Shown here in pieces: positions 1-5,460 of a DNA stretch of 5,670 bases. A program made the translations under genes and the position numbers. Position 1 is the stretch's first letter. The number at the start of each line of letters is the position of its first letter. The stretch lies in contig JBAWVI010000061.1 of the NCBI GenBank assembly GCA_037147375.1, positions 1 through 5,670 on the forward strand, read 5' to 3'. Source of the stretch: an archaeon (GTDB lineage Archaea > Iainarchaeota > Iainarchaeia > Iainarchaeales > CSSED10-239). The notes below the pieces were generated by a model that saw nothing but the letters and a program-made list of their open reading frames with translations, was not told the DNA's origin and ran no database searches.

Positions 1-616
1 CTTCTTTTTTTGGATCGATGACTAAACAATTACCAACTGAATTAATTAGAACTGCAAAATCAATCTTTGTATCTACAAGAATATCTGCAATTTGCTTTTG
101 ATGGACTTGATCAAGATATGGTGGTAGCTTAACAGCAATTGGTTTGTCTGTTAAATCTCTTGCTGCTTCAAGAACTTCTCTTGAATATTCGAAATTATAT
201 CCTGCTTGTGGTTTCCCAATTATGTTAGGACAAGATAAATTTAGTTCTAGAATATCTGCTCCCTTACTATCAAACTCTTGCATCATTTCTAGATAATCTT
301 GTTTTGAAAAACCAGAGATACTTGCAATAATTGGTTTATTAAATTCCTTTAGCTTAGGAATCATATTTGCAAGTTTTTTGTAACCTGGATTTGGCAATCC
401 CATAGAATTTATGGATAAATGATTGCTCTCGAAATACCTTGGTTTTACGTTTCCTTCTCTAGGTTCAATTGTTGCGGACTTAATAACAATTGCGCCTGCG
501 GCATCAGATTTACCTATTTCAGATAACTCTTCAAAAGTAGTACAACAGGGTCCTGATGCATTCATTAAACTGGTTTTAAAATTTGTGGATTTATATTGAT
601 AATCTATTTGTATCAT
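1..616 (-). CDS. pyrD: Dihydroorotate dehydrogenase, class 1 (1A-like). About 205 N-terminal aa are present and the C-terminus runs off the left edge of the window
   Basis: This ORF is absent from the supplied track because it is open at the window edge. Hand translation of the minus strand from ATG 616..614 gives MIQIDYQYKSTNFKTSLMNASGPCCTTFEELSEIGKSDAAGAIVIKSATIEPREGNVKPRYFESNHLSINSMGLPNPGYKK...ADILELNLSCPNIIGKPQAGYNFEYS...KPIAVKLPPYLDQVH...LINSVGNCLVIDPKKE, with no stop down to position 2. Family hallmarks are present: MNASG, NSMGLPNxG, LNLSCPN (a Cys catalytic base means class 1, not the class 2 Ser) and VKLPPY. The GKPQxxYxFE stretch after SCPN resembles Lactococcus-type class 1A more than 1B. 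An SD-like AAGGGTTGA lies directly 5' of the ATG. Confidence 0.85.
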   Translation of the reverse strand, partial: MIQIDYQYKSTNFKTSLMNASGPCCTTFEELSEIGKSDAAGAIVIKSATIEPREGNVKPRYFESNHLSINSMGLPNPGYKKLANMIPKLKEFNKPIIASISGFSKQDYLEMMQEFDSKGADILELNLSCPNIIGKPQAGYNFEYSREVLEAARDLTDKPIAVKLPPYLDQVHQKQIADILVDTKIDFAVLINSVGNCLVIDPKKE

Positions 617-678
617 TCAACCCTTACAATTTATGTTCCAATATATTTAAAAAGATTTCTCTTGATAAGAGCTTGGAA
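617..678 (-). promoter_or_regulatory. proS-pyrD intergenic spacer with a short hairpin plus T5 (possible terminator or attenuator) and a TATA-like TTTAAATA
   Basis: On the minus strand, just after the proS TAG stop, the sequence reads CTCTT-ATC-AAGAG (plus 659..671, a 5-bp stem), then AAATCTTTTTAAATATATT. The T5 run is an archaeal-style termination signal. The overlapping TTTAAATA lies 31 nt upstream of the pyrD ATG. The stem is short and the region is AT-rich, so this call is weak. Confidence 0.25.
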
Positions 679-2142
679 CTAATAACTCTTACCAACATAC
701 ACCATACAGCTTGCTTTCTTTCCACAAACTACACAAATTGCATCTTCTTCTGGAATATCCTCGTAATCCATTCTTGTTCCTCTAACTTCTCCACCCTTGG
801 TGTCTGTCTTTATATCATCAGCACAAGCTTTTCCATCTAAATCAATTGAACATAATGGAACTCTTGCAACCTGATCCTTTTCAAGAACTTCTCTTAAATC
901 ATCATAGGTTGTAACTGTAACTATCTTTTCTTCAAAAGTTCTATCTGCTTGTTCTCTAAGATTAATTATAAAATCTTGCTTAATCTTTTTAATCTCATCA
1001 TAAATGTCAGCAAATGAAACCTTATACTTTTCATTAAGATCACGTCTGAAAAGAGTTACAACTCCTTCAAATATATCTTTAGGACCAACCTCAATTCTTA
1101 CAGGAACTCCTTTCATTTCATAAAAAGTAAATCTTTCTTTTGGAGATTTTTCTTTTTGGTCATCAATCTTAACTTTGTATCCTAATTTATCTAAGCTTTC
1201 TGCAATCTCAATACAAAGCTTTTCAACTTTTTCAGTATCTTCACCCTTAAAGTAAAGAGGAGTAATAATTACTTGTATTGGTGCTAAATCAAATGGAATT
1301 CTAAGTCCAAGCTTATCTCCATGAACACAAATCATTCCACCATATATTCTTGAAATTCCTGGACCATAACAAGTTCCATAAGCATACTTAACTTGTTCAT
1401 CCTTATCTTTAAACTTAACATCAAATGTTTTAGTAAACTTATCTCCTAAGAGATGAGTTGATGGTAATTGTAAAACCTTACCATTTTGTAAAATAGCATC
1501 AGCTGCATATGTGTTTATTGCACCTGGAAACTTATCCCATTGAGGTCTTTTAAAAAATATAAAAGGAATTCCAAACTCTTGATGTAACATTTCTTCAGTT
1601 ATTTGCATATCCTCAAGAACTTGTTCTTCAGCATCTTCAATTGTTTCAAATAAATTATGTGTTTCATACCAATAGAATTCGCGTCCGCGAATAAAAGGCT
1701 TAGTTGCTTTTGAATCATATCTAAAAACATTTGCTCTTTGGTATGTCTTCATTGGAAGATCTTTATAACTTTGTAACCAATATTTAAACATAAAATAAAA
1801 TGCAGTTTCAGATGTTGGTCTTAATGCATACTTATTTTCAAACTTTTCAGAACCATGCTCAGTTACCCAAAATACTTCTGGAGTGAATCCTTCAACATGC
1901 TCAGCTTCTTTTAAGAAATTTTCTTCAGGGATAAGAGCTGGCATAATCAATTGTTGATGTCCTGTTTCATTTAATTTATCTTCATAAGATCTAAACATCA
2001 AGCTAATTGAATGAACAGACCAAGGTCTAAACACAACAAATCCTTTGATATTATATCTTTGATCTGCAAGTTCTGCTTTAACAATAATATCATTAAACCA
2101 TTCATTAAGGTCTTCTATTTTATATTCTTCGCTTGATACCAT
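679..2142 (-). CDS. proS: Prolyl-tRNA synthetase, archaeal/eukaryotic-like type (class IIa), 487 aa
   Basis: The ORF is full length. It has the class II core: LRPTSET, motif-2-like FRYDSKATKPFIRGREFYWYETH (DNA about 1657..1725) and motif-3-like GTCYGPGISRIYGGMI. An anticodon-binding region follows. The C-terminal Cys-rich extension (CSIDLDGKAC...ICVVCGKKASC) ends in ...GKSY. A terminal Tyr is the signature of the archaeal-type ProRS C-terminal zinc domain. The bacterial INS editing domain is absent. An SD-like AAGGAAA lies 6 nt 5' of the ATG. The stop is TAG at 679..681. Confidence 0.95.
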   Translation of the reverse strand: MVSSEEYKIEDLNEWFNDIIVKAELADQRYNIKGFVVFRPWSVHSISLMFRSYEDKLNETGHQQLIMPALIPEENFLKEAEHVEGFTPEVFWVTEHGSEKFENKYALRPTSETAFYFMFKYWLQSYKDLPMKTYQRANVFRYDSKATKPFIRGREFYWYETHNLFETIEDAEEQVLEDMQITEEMLHQEFGIPFIFFKRPQWDKFPGAINTYAADAILQNGKVLQLPSTHLLGDKFTKTFDVKFKDKDEQVKYAYGTCYGPGISRIYGGMICVHGDKLGLRIPFDLAPIQVIITPLYFKGEDTEKVEKLCIEIAESLDKLGYKVKIDDQKEKSPKERFTFYEMKGVPVRIEVGPKDIFEGVVTLFRRDLNEKYKVSFADIYDEIKKIKQDFIINLREQADRTFEEKIVTVTTYDDLREVLEKDQVARVPLCSIDLDGKACADDIKTDTKGGEVRGTRMDYEDIPEEDAICVVCGKKASCMVYVGKSY

Positions 2143-2237
2143 AATTGATTTCCTTTATTTTTTACTATATTTTATTATATATAGGCAATATATTATATTT
2201 AACTAATTATTTAAAAATTGATTGGTTAAGCTTAAAT
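2143..2237 (-). promoter_or_regulatory. 95-nt AT-rich spacer holding a T5 tract after the 160-aa ORF and a TATA-like box for proS
   Basis: The minus strand reads TGA-ATTTAAGCTTAACCAATCAATTTTTAAATAATTAGTTAAATATAATATATTGCCTATATATAATAAAATATAGTAAAAAATAAAGGAAATCAATT-ATG. A T5 run lies about 20 nt after the stop. CTATATATAA lies about 33..42 nt before the proS ATG. This is the largest gap in the 3470..1 minus-strand string, so an internal promoter is plausible. It is not verifiable from sequence alone. Confidence 0.3.
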
Positions 2238-2720
2238 TCAAAGCCCAGCAGAATGCATCTTATAATTATGCCACACATCAGATAATGTTTTCATATTTTC
2301 AGTAAACTCTTTTTCAAGTTCAAGATATTCAATAATTAGTTTCTCTCTATTTCCAATTTTTTCAGCTTTAATTTTAGTTAAAAGAGATTGCATTAAACTA
2401 CTTTTTTCTCTTATTTTTTTAAGATAAGAAAGATAATCATCTAAAACCTGTCTTTTAATTGGACTTAATTTTTCATAAACTCCAATAGGAATAACATATC
2501 TTTTATTATAAAGTTCATCTAACTGAAATAAATATTTTTGATGACTTGAGAGTATCATCTTTTGTTTATCAATAAATGTAGGTATACTAAGTTCTTTTTT
2601 TCTACGTTCAACTGCAATCTTAATCTTTTCTTTTTTTGAAAGAGTGAATATCTTAAAACCACCTTTCTTAACTTCTCTTCTTAGTCTTTCAGCACTTACA
2701 TCTATTTTTGGTTTTGGCAT
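2238..2720 (-). CDS. Hypothetical protein, 160 aa, Lys/Glu-rich, predicted mostly helical or coiled-coil, no TM segment
   Basis: This is a long ORF in AT-rich DNA, where stop codons are frequent by chance. The start lies 18 nt after the upstream ORF stop and is preceded by AAGGTTGA. The N-terminus is very basic (MPKPKIDVSAERLRREVKKGGFK). I recognise no family motif. Confidence 0.6.
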   Translation of the reverse strand: MPKPKIDVSAERLRREVKKGGFKIFTLSKKEKIKIAVERRKKELSIPTFIDKQKMILSSHQKYLFQLDELYNKRYVIPIGVYEKLSPIKRQVLDDYLSYLKKIREKSSLMQSLLTKIKAEKIGNREKLIIEYLELEKEFTENMKTLSDVWHNYKMHSAGL

Positions 2721-2738
2721 AACATCAACCTTTATTAT

Positions 2739-3383
2739 TTAATAGAATTGAGATATCATTTCATCAAATATTTTTTCATTCTTATAAAGATCATATCTTG
2801 CAAGATAATTTGTTTCATGCTTAATTATTTCTTCTTTAAGAAGAGGTATTTCTATTTCAAATTTATCAATTTCTTCTCTTACATCCATAACTAGTTGAGG
2901 ATCGTTTCTACTACTACGTTTAATTATCCCTGGTCCAGTTATTACAACATATTCTCTCATTGCTTTTAATCTATTTAACATATTAATTGTTTTTTGGTTA
3001 TCTTCTGCAAGCTTTTGAAAAAAATTAAAAATAATTTTTTGTTCGAGAGATTTAAATTTTAGATTTTTACCAAGTCTCATTTCAATAAACTTAAGTGTAT
3101 TTAATAATCCTTTTCTTTGTGCTTGATTTCTATCAATACCATCAGATATATGTCTAATTCCAAATGCTCCAATTTCACTAAAATAAGCTTTTTTTATTTT
3201 AAGTTCAGAAACAGGAATTGCTTTTTTATAAATTGATTTAATTTCAGAAATTTTTGGTTTTAGAAGTTTTGCTTGAGGAAGTTTTTTTAAATTAGAATCC
3301 CTAATTTTAAAACCCAATTCTAATTGATTTGGATCTTTATATTTTTTAGGTTTTAAATTTAGTTTAAGTTGTTTTCCTAGCAT
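2739..3383 (-). CDS. Hypothetical protein, 214 aa, basic Lys-rich N-terminus, helical C-terminal part, no TM segment
   Basis: This is a long ORF in AT-rich DNA. A strong SD, AAGGTG (plus 3390..3395), lies 6 nt 5' of ATG 3383..3381. The next in-frame Met is about 100 codons downstream, so this start is the sensible one. I recognise no family motif. Confidence 0.6.
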   Translation of the reverse strand: MLGKQLKLNLKPKKYKDPNQLELGFKIRDSNLKKLPQAKLLKPKISEIKSIYKKAIPVSELKIKKAYFSEIGAFGIRHISDGIDRNQAQRKGLLNTLKFIEMRLGKNLKFKSLEQKIIFNFFQKLAEDNQKTINMLNRLKAMREYVVITGPGIIKRSSRNDPQLVMDVREEIDKFEIEIPLLKEEIIKHETNYLARYDLYKNEKIFDEMISQFY

Positions 3384-3398
3384 TATTTACACCTTAAA

Positions 3399-3470
3399 TG
3401 AGGCTGCCCCGATTTGAACGGGGGTCGTAAGCTCCCAAAGCTTAAATGCTAACCACTACACTACAGCCCC
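3399..3470 (-). tRNA. tRNA-Pro, anticodon UGG, 72 nt including the discriminator, no intron, CCA not encoded
   Basis: The reverse complement is GGGGCTG TA GTGT AGTGGTTA GCAT T TAAGC TT-TGG-GA GCTTA CGAC CCCCG TTCAAAT CGGGG CAGCCTC A. It has a 7-bp acceptor stem (one G:U), a 4-bp D stem, a 5-bp anticodon stem with U33, anticodon TGG (plus 3435..3437 = cca) and G37. The T arm is a 5-bp G:C stem with a TTCAAAT loop. G1:C72 with A73 matches archaeal tRNA-Pro. E. coli-type bacterial tRNA-Pro has C1:G72. The segment is a clear GC-rich island in AT-rich DNA. Confidence 0.92.
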
Positions 3471-3515
3471 TTTTTATATATAATATATATGTTAGAATAT
3501 ATATATAAATCTATT
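3471..3515 (-). promoter_or_regulatory. Putative archaeal TATA-box promoter for tRNA-Pro and the genes behind it
   Basis: The minus strand upstream of the tRNA 5' end reads AAGCAAATAGATTTATATATATATTCTAACATATATATTATATATAAAAA-GGGG. TTTATATAT (plus 3501..3509) lies 31..39 nt before the mature 5' end. That fits a TATA box about 26 nt upstream of a start site with a short leader. AT-rich context makes TATA-like strings common. Confidence 0.35.
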
Positions 3516-3564
3516 TGCTTTAATGAACTTTAATTTATGACCTAACAATATTAAATATATTAAT

Positions 3565-3595
3565 TAATTAGATTAATTTATAAACCTAATTAGAT
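3565..3595 (+). promoter_or_regulatory. TATA-like TTTATAAA (3577..3584) flanked by two copies of the 9-mer TAATTAGAT, a putative promoter/operator of the Cys-rich gene
   Basis: Exact direct repeats of TAATTAGAT lie at 3565..3573 and 3587..3595, 22 nt apart start to start. They bracket TTTATAAA, which lies about 47..54 nt upstream of ATG 3631. Confidence 0.3.
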
Positions 3596-3630
3596 AATAT
3601 AATATTTATTATATTATGGAGGAATTAATA

Positions 3631-3918
3631 ATGAATAAATTAAATATAGTAATACTAGTCATTGTTGCATTACTTATTGGTTTTGTTGCTGGATGGTTAA
3701 TATTCGGTATGAAATCAACAACAGGAAATGCAAAATATACAGTATCTACAGAACAAATAGACAGACCTATTGAATGTGGAGCAGGAACATTACCACACAC
3801 ATGTACTTGTAGTAATGGTTTAGGTGGAAGCGGAACCTGTTCAACAAGTAAATGTATGAAAACACCAGATGGTGATTCTATTTTTGATTGTAGTTGTTGT
3901 AATAAAACAGCTGATTAA
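3631..3918 (+). CDS. Small membrane-anchored or secreted Cys-rich protein, 95 aa (100 aa if translated from ATG 3616)
   Basis: GGAGG at 3618..3622 lies 8 nt upstream of ATG 3631. ATG 3616 overlaps that SD, so 3631 is preferred. The protein begins MNK followed by a 23-residue hydrophobic stretch (LNIVILVIVALLIGFVAGWLIFG). The tail is rich in Ser, Thr, Gly and Cys: ...PIECGAGTLPHTCTCSNGLGGSGTCSTSKCMKTPDGDSIFDCSCCNKTAD. It has 8 Cys, encoded at 3775..3900. The gene ends at TAA 3916..3918, immediately followed by a hairpin and T-runs. Confidence 0.6.
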   Translation: MNKLNIVILVIVALLIGFVAGWLIFGMKSTTGNAKYTVSTEQIDRPIECGAGTLPHTCTCSNGLGGSGTCSTSKCMKTPDGDSIFDCSCCNKTAD

Positions 3919-3976
3919 GTAATTTTTTAAATTACTTATCTTTTTCTTTTTTTATTTTTATATCTTATTTAAAAAA
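3918..3976. terminator. Bidirectional terminator region between convergent genes
   Basis: There is a perfect 8-bp inverted repeat, AGTAATTT (3918..3925) / AAATTACT (3929..3936), with a TTT loop. On the plus strand it is followed by T5 (3941..3945), T7 (3947..3953) and T5 (3955..3959). On the minus strand a T6 tract (plus A6, 3971..3976) starts directly after the PLD TAA stop (3977..3979). Oligo-T tracts are the known archaeal termination signal. Confidence 0.45.
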
Positions 3977-5131
3977 TTAGGAGTTCCATTCATTCCAATA
4001 TTTATTGAAATAATCTATATATTCTTTTGCAAGAAATTCATTGTAAATAAATACAAGTGATTCATCATTTTTTGTAGTCCCATTAACAGATAAGTTCATT
4101 GAACCAGTCATAACTATCTTATTATCAATTACACAAAACTTATTATGCATATTTTGTGGATTCTGATCTAAAAGAACAGGTACGCCTTCATCTTTAAGTT
4201 TAGTGTATTCTGAATATTCGCTTTCTTGAGTTGTTTCAAATATAAATCTCTTAGCTATGTTCTTTGAAATTATTGCATCCCCAGCTTCATCAAGAGTAAA
4301 AGAAAAGAACATACATTCAATTGAAAGATTAGAATTATTTATCTTAGAGATTACGTGTTCTGCACAATTATCTTCTGGACAAAAATAAAATTCTCCATTT
4401 CCTATCTTATTTATCTCTGTTTCTTGATTAACTGATGGACTAAAAACACCTGTAAAGAAATAATCTATCTTCTTTGTAAACAAATCTGCAACTTCTTTAT
4501 CATTAATTATTAAAACATTATTATTATTTCTTCTTGAATCATTAAGAGTAAAGTTCATTGACCCAACCCAAACTGTTTTGTTATCAAATACACAAAACTT
4601 ATTGTGCATAATTGGATTACTTTCAGGAGATAAGATAACATCTGCTCCTCCCACCTTTAATGCACCTATCTTTGATGCTTTCTGGGATGCTTGCTCAAAG
4701 TCACTAACGAATCTTACTGAAACACCAGATTTATTTTTATCCACAAGTGCATCAGAGATGCTTGATACATCAATATCATACACAGAACAATCAATTGATT
4801 TCTTAGCATCATTTATTAATTCAACAAGCTGTAGAGAGCAATCATCTTCTGGACAGAAGATAACTTGAATATCTAGGTTTCTATCTGGAGAACCATAAAG
4901 ATATCTTCTTTCAAGTTCAGAATAAACTGAATTTTTATCAATTTTTATTTCTGGAGTTCCAATTTCTTTATTTGCATCAGAAAGAAGATTATTTGCATCT
5001 TCCTTAAGTCCATTAATGTCTGATTTTACTTGATCAATAGTTGTACTTGGATCGGGGTAAACAAAAACAGCAATAACTATTCCAATAACAATGCAAAGAA
5101 GAACAACCATAACAAGTGTATCTAAATCCAT
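3977..5131 (-). CDS. Membrane-anchored phospholipase-D-superfamily protein with two tandem Nuc-like HKD domains (putative extracytoplasmic phosphodiesterase or nuclease), 384 aa
   Basis: There are two complete HxK(x)4D(x)6GSxN motifs. The first is HNKFCVFDNKTVWVGSMN (residues 176..193, DNA 4553..4606). The second is HNKFCVIDNKIVMTGSMN (residues 329..346, DNA 4094..4147). Each half is about 150 aa. Each half begins F-C-P-E-D-x-C ... SI(D/E)C, like the FSPEG...SI start of the small Nuc/Zucchini-type PLD nucleases. The protein ends in a Nuc-like helix (...YIDYFNKYWNEWNS). A single N-terminal hydrophobic helix spans residues 6..25 (LVMVVLLCIVIGIVIAVFVY, DNA about 5057..5116). Confidence 0.9.
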   Translation of the reverse strand: MDLDTLVMVVLLCIVIGIVIAVFVYPDPSTTIDQVKSDINGLKEDANNLLSDANKEIGTPEIKIDKNSVYSELERRYLYGSPDRNLDIQVIFCPEDDCSLQLVELINDAKKSIDCSVYDIDVSSISDALVDKNKSGVSVRFVSDFEQASQKASKIGALKVGGADVILSPESNPIMHNKFCVFDNKTVWVGSMNFTLNDSRRNNNNVLIINDKEVADLFTKKIDYFFTGVFSPSVNQETEINKIGNGEFYFCPEDNCAEHVISKINNSNLSIECMFFSFTLDEAGDAIISKNIAKRFIFETTQESEYSEYTKLKDEGVPVLLDQNPQNMHNKFCVIDNKIVMTGSMNLSVNGTTKNDESLVFIYNEFLAKEYIDYFNKYWNEWNS

Positions 5132-5155
5132 ATATTTTCTTTATCCAATCTTTAT

Positions 5156-5437
5156 TTATTTCCTAAGTTCAATTTCAAAGATATCAATTATTCTTTCAGT
5201 ATCTATATCTCTTAATGAAACTCTATTGTTTACTTTTCTTATCATACCAAGATTAAAATGAGGATAAGAAGCAACTAACCTTCTTAGTTTATCATATTGC
5301 TTTAAGGTTACTTCTTTGTTGTGTCTGTGTGTTAACTCAGTAAAGATTTCATGAAACCTTTCACTTTTCTCAAATGTTTCTTTATCTCTTTCTCTTACTC
5401 TAATTTCTCTTGGTTTAAATAAATCTTTAAATCCCAT
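5156..5437 (-). CDS. Hypothetical protein, 93 aa, basic, no TM segment
   Basis: A strong SD, AAGGTGA (plus 5446..5452), lies 8 nt 5' of ATG 5437..5435. The TAA stop at 5156..5158 is 24 nt before the PLD start. I recognise no family motif. Confidence 0.6.
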   Translation of the reverse strand: MGFKDLFKPREIRVRERDKETFEKSERFHEIFTELTHRHNKEVTLKQYDKLRRLVASYPHFNLGMIRKVNNRVSLRDIDTERIIDIFEIELRK

Positions 5438-5460
5438 AAATCATTTCACCTTATTTTAAA

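Noticed and set aside
583-840. Plus-strand 85-aa ORF from the track
   Set aside because: It lies antisense to the pyrD start, the intergenic spacer and the conserved C-terminal zinc domain of proS. It has no SD, and its translation is low-complexity (Phe/Ser/Cys/Ile-rich) with no motif. This is a typical shadow ORF opposite a real gene.
2165-2184. The inverted repeat CTATAT...ATATAG upstream of proS as a T-box-like or attenuator RNA element
   Set aside because: It is only 6 bp of pure A/T, with no conserved T-box features, and T-boxes are bacterial. It is more simply part of a TATA-like promoter.
2238-3470. An integrated mobile element or provirus inserted at the tRNA-Pro 3' end
   Set aside because: No integrase, transposase or capsid-like gene is present. 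I found no second copy of the tRNA 3' half (for example GATTTGAACGGGG) that could serve as an att repeat within the window. It remains a possibility only as a degraded remnant and is noted under the orphan-pair finding.
3471-3615. Alternating (TA)n tracts and short AT palindromes as a repeat element or CRISPR-like structure
   Set aside because: These are low-complexity AT sequence in a divergent promoter region. There is no regular repeat-spacer periodicity and no GC-containing repeat unit. Similar tracts (for example CTATAT...ATATAG at 2165..2184) occur in other spacers.
3616-3630. ATG 3616 as the start of the Cys-rich gene (100-aa form, MEELI...)
   Set aside because: The GGAGG SD (3618..3622) overlaps this ATG and is correctly spaced for ATG 3631. 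An MNK plus hydrophobic-core N-terminus is also a more typical signal or anchor. This is not strictly excluded.
3609-3800. Minus-strand 63-aa ORF from the track
   Set aside because: It is antisense to the Cys-rich gene and would run into the divergent promoter region. The plus-strand ORF has the GGAGG SD, a coherent TM-plus-tail architecture and a terminator. The minus-strand ORF has none of these.
3775-3900. The Cys/Ser/Thr-rich tail as a lanthipeptide or other RiPP precursor core
   Set aside because: No modification enzyme, protease or transporter gene is in the window. A 23-residue hydrophobic N-terminus is unlike known RiPP leaders. A disulfide-rich anchored mini-protein is the simpler reading. 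The idea is kept only as an alternative to test.
4578-4868. Plus-strand 96-aa ORF from the track
   Set aside because: It lies entirely antisense to the first HKD domain of the well-supported PLD gene. It has no SD or recognisable motif. It is a shadow ORF.
3977-5131. The PLD-family protein as a cardiolipin or phosphatidylserine synthase
   Set aside because: The halves are compact (about 150 aa each). They begin with the F-x-P-E-x motif and end with a Nuc-like C-terminal helix, and there is only one TM helix. This fits tandem Nuc-like modules better than Cls-type enzymes. It is not excluded without profile searches.
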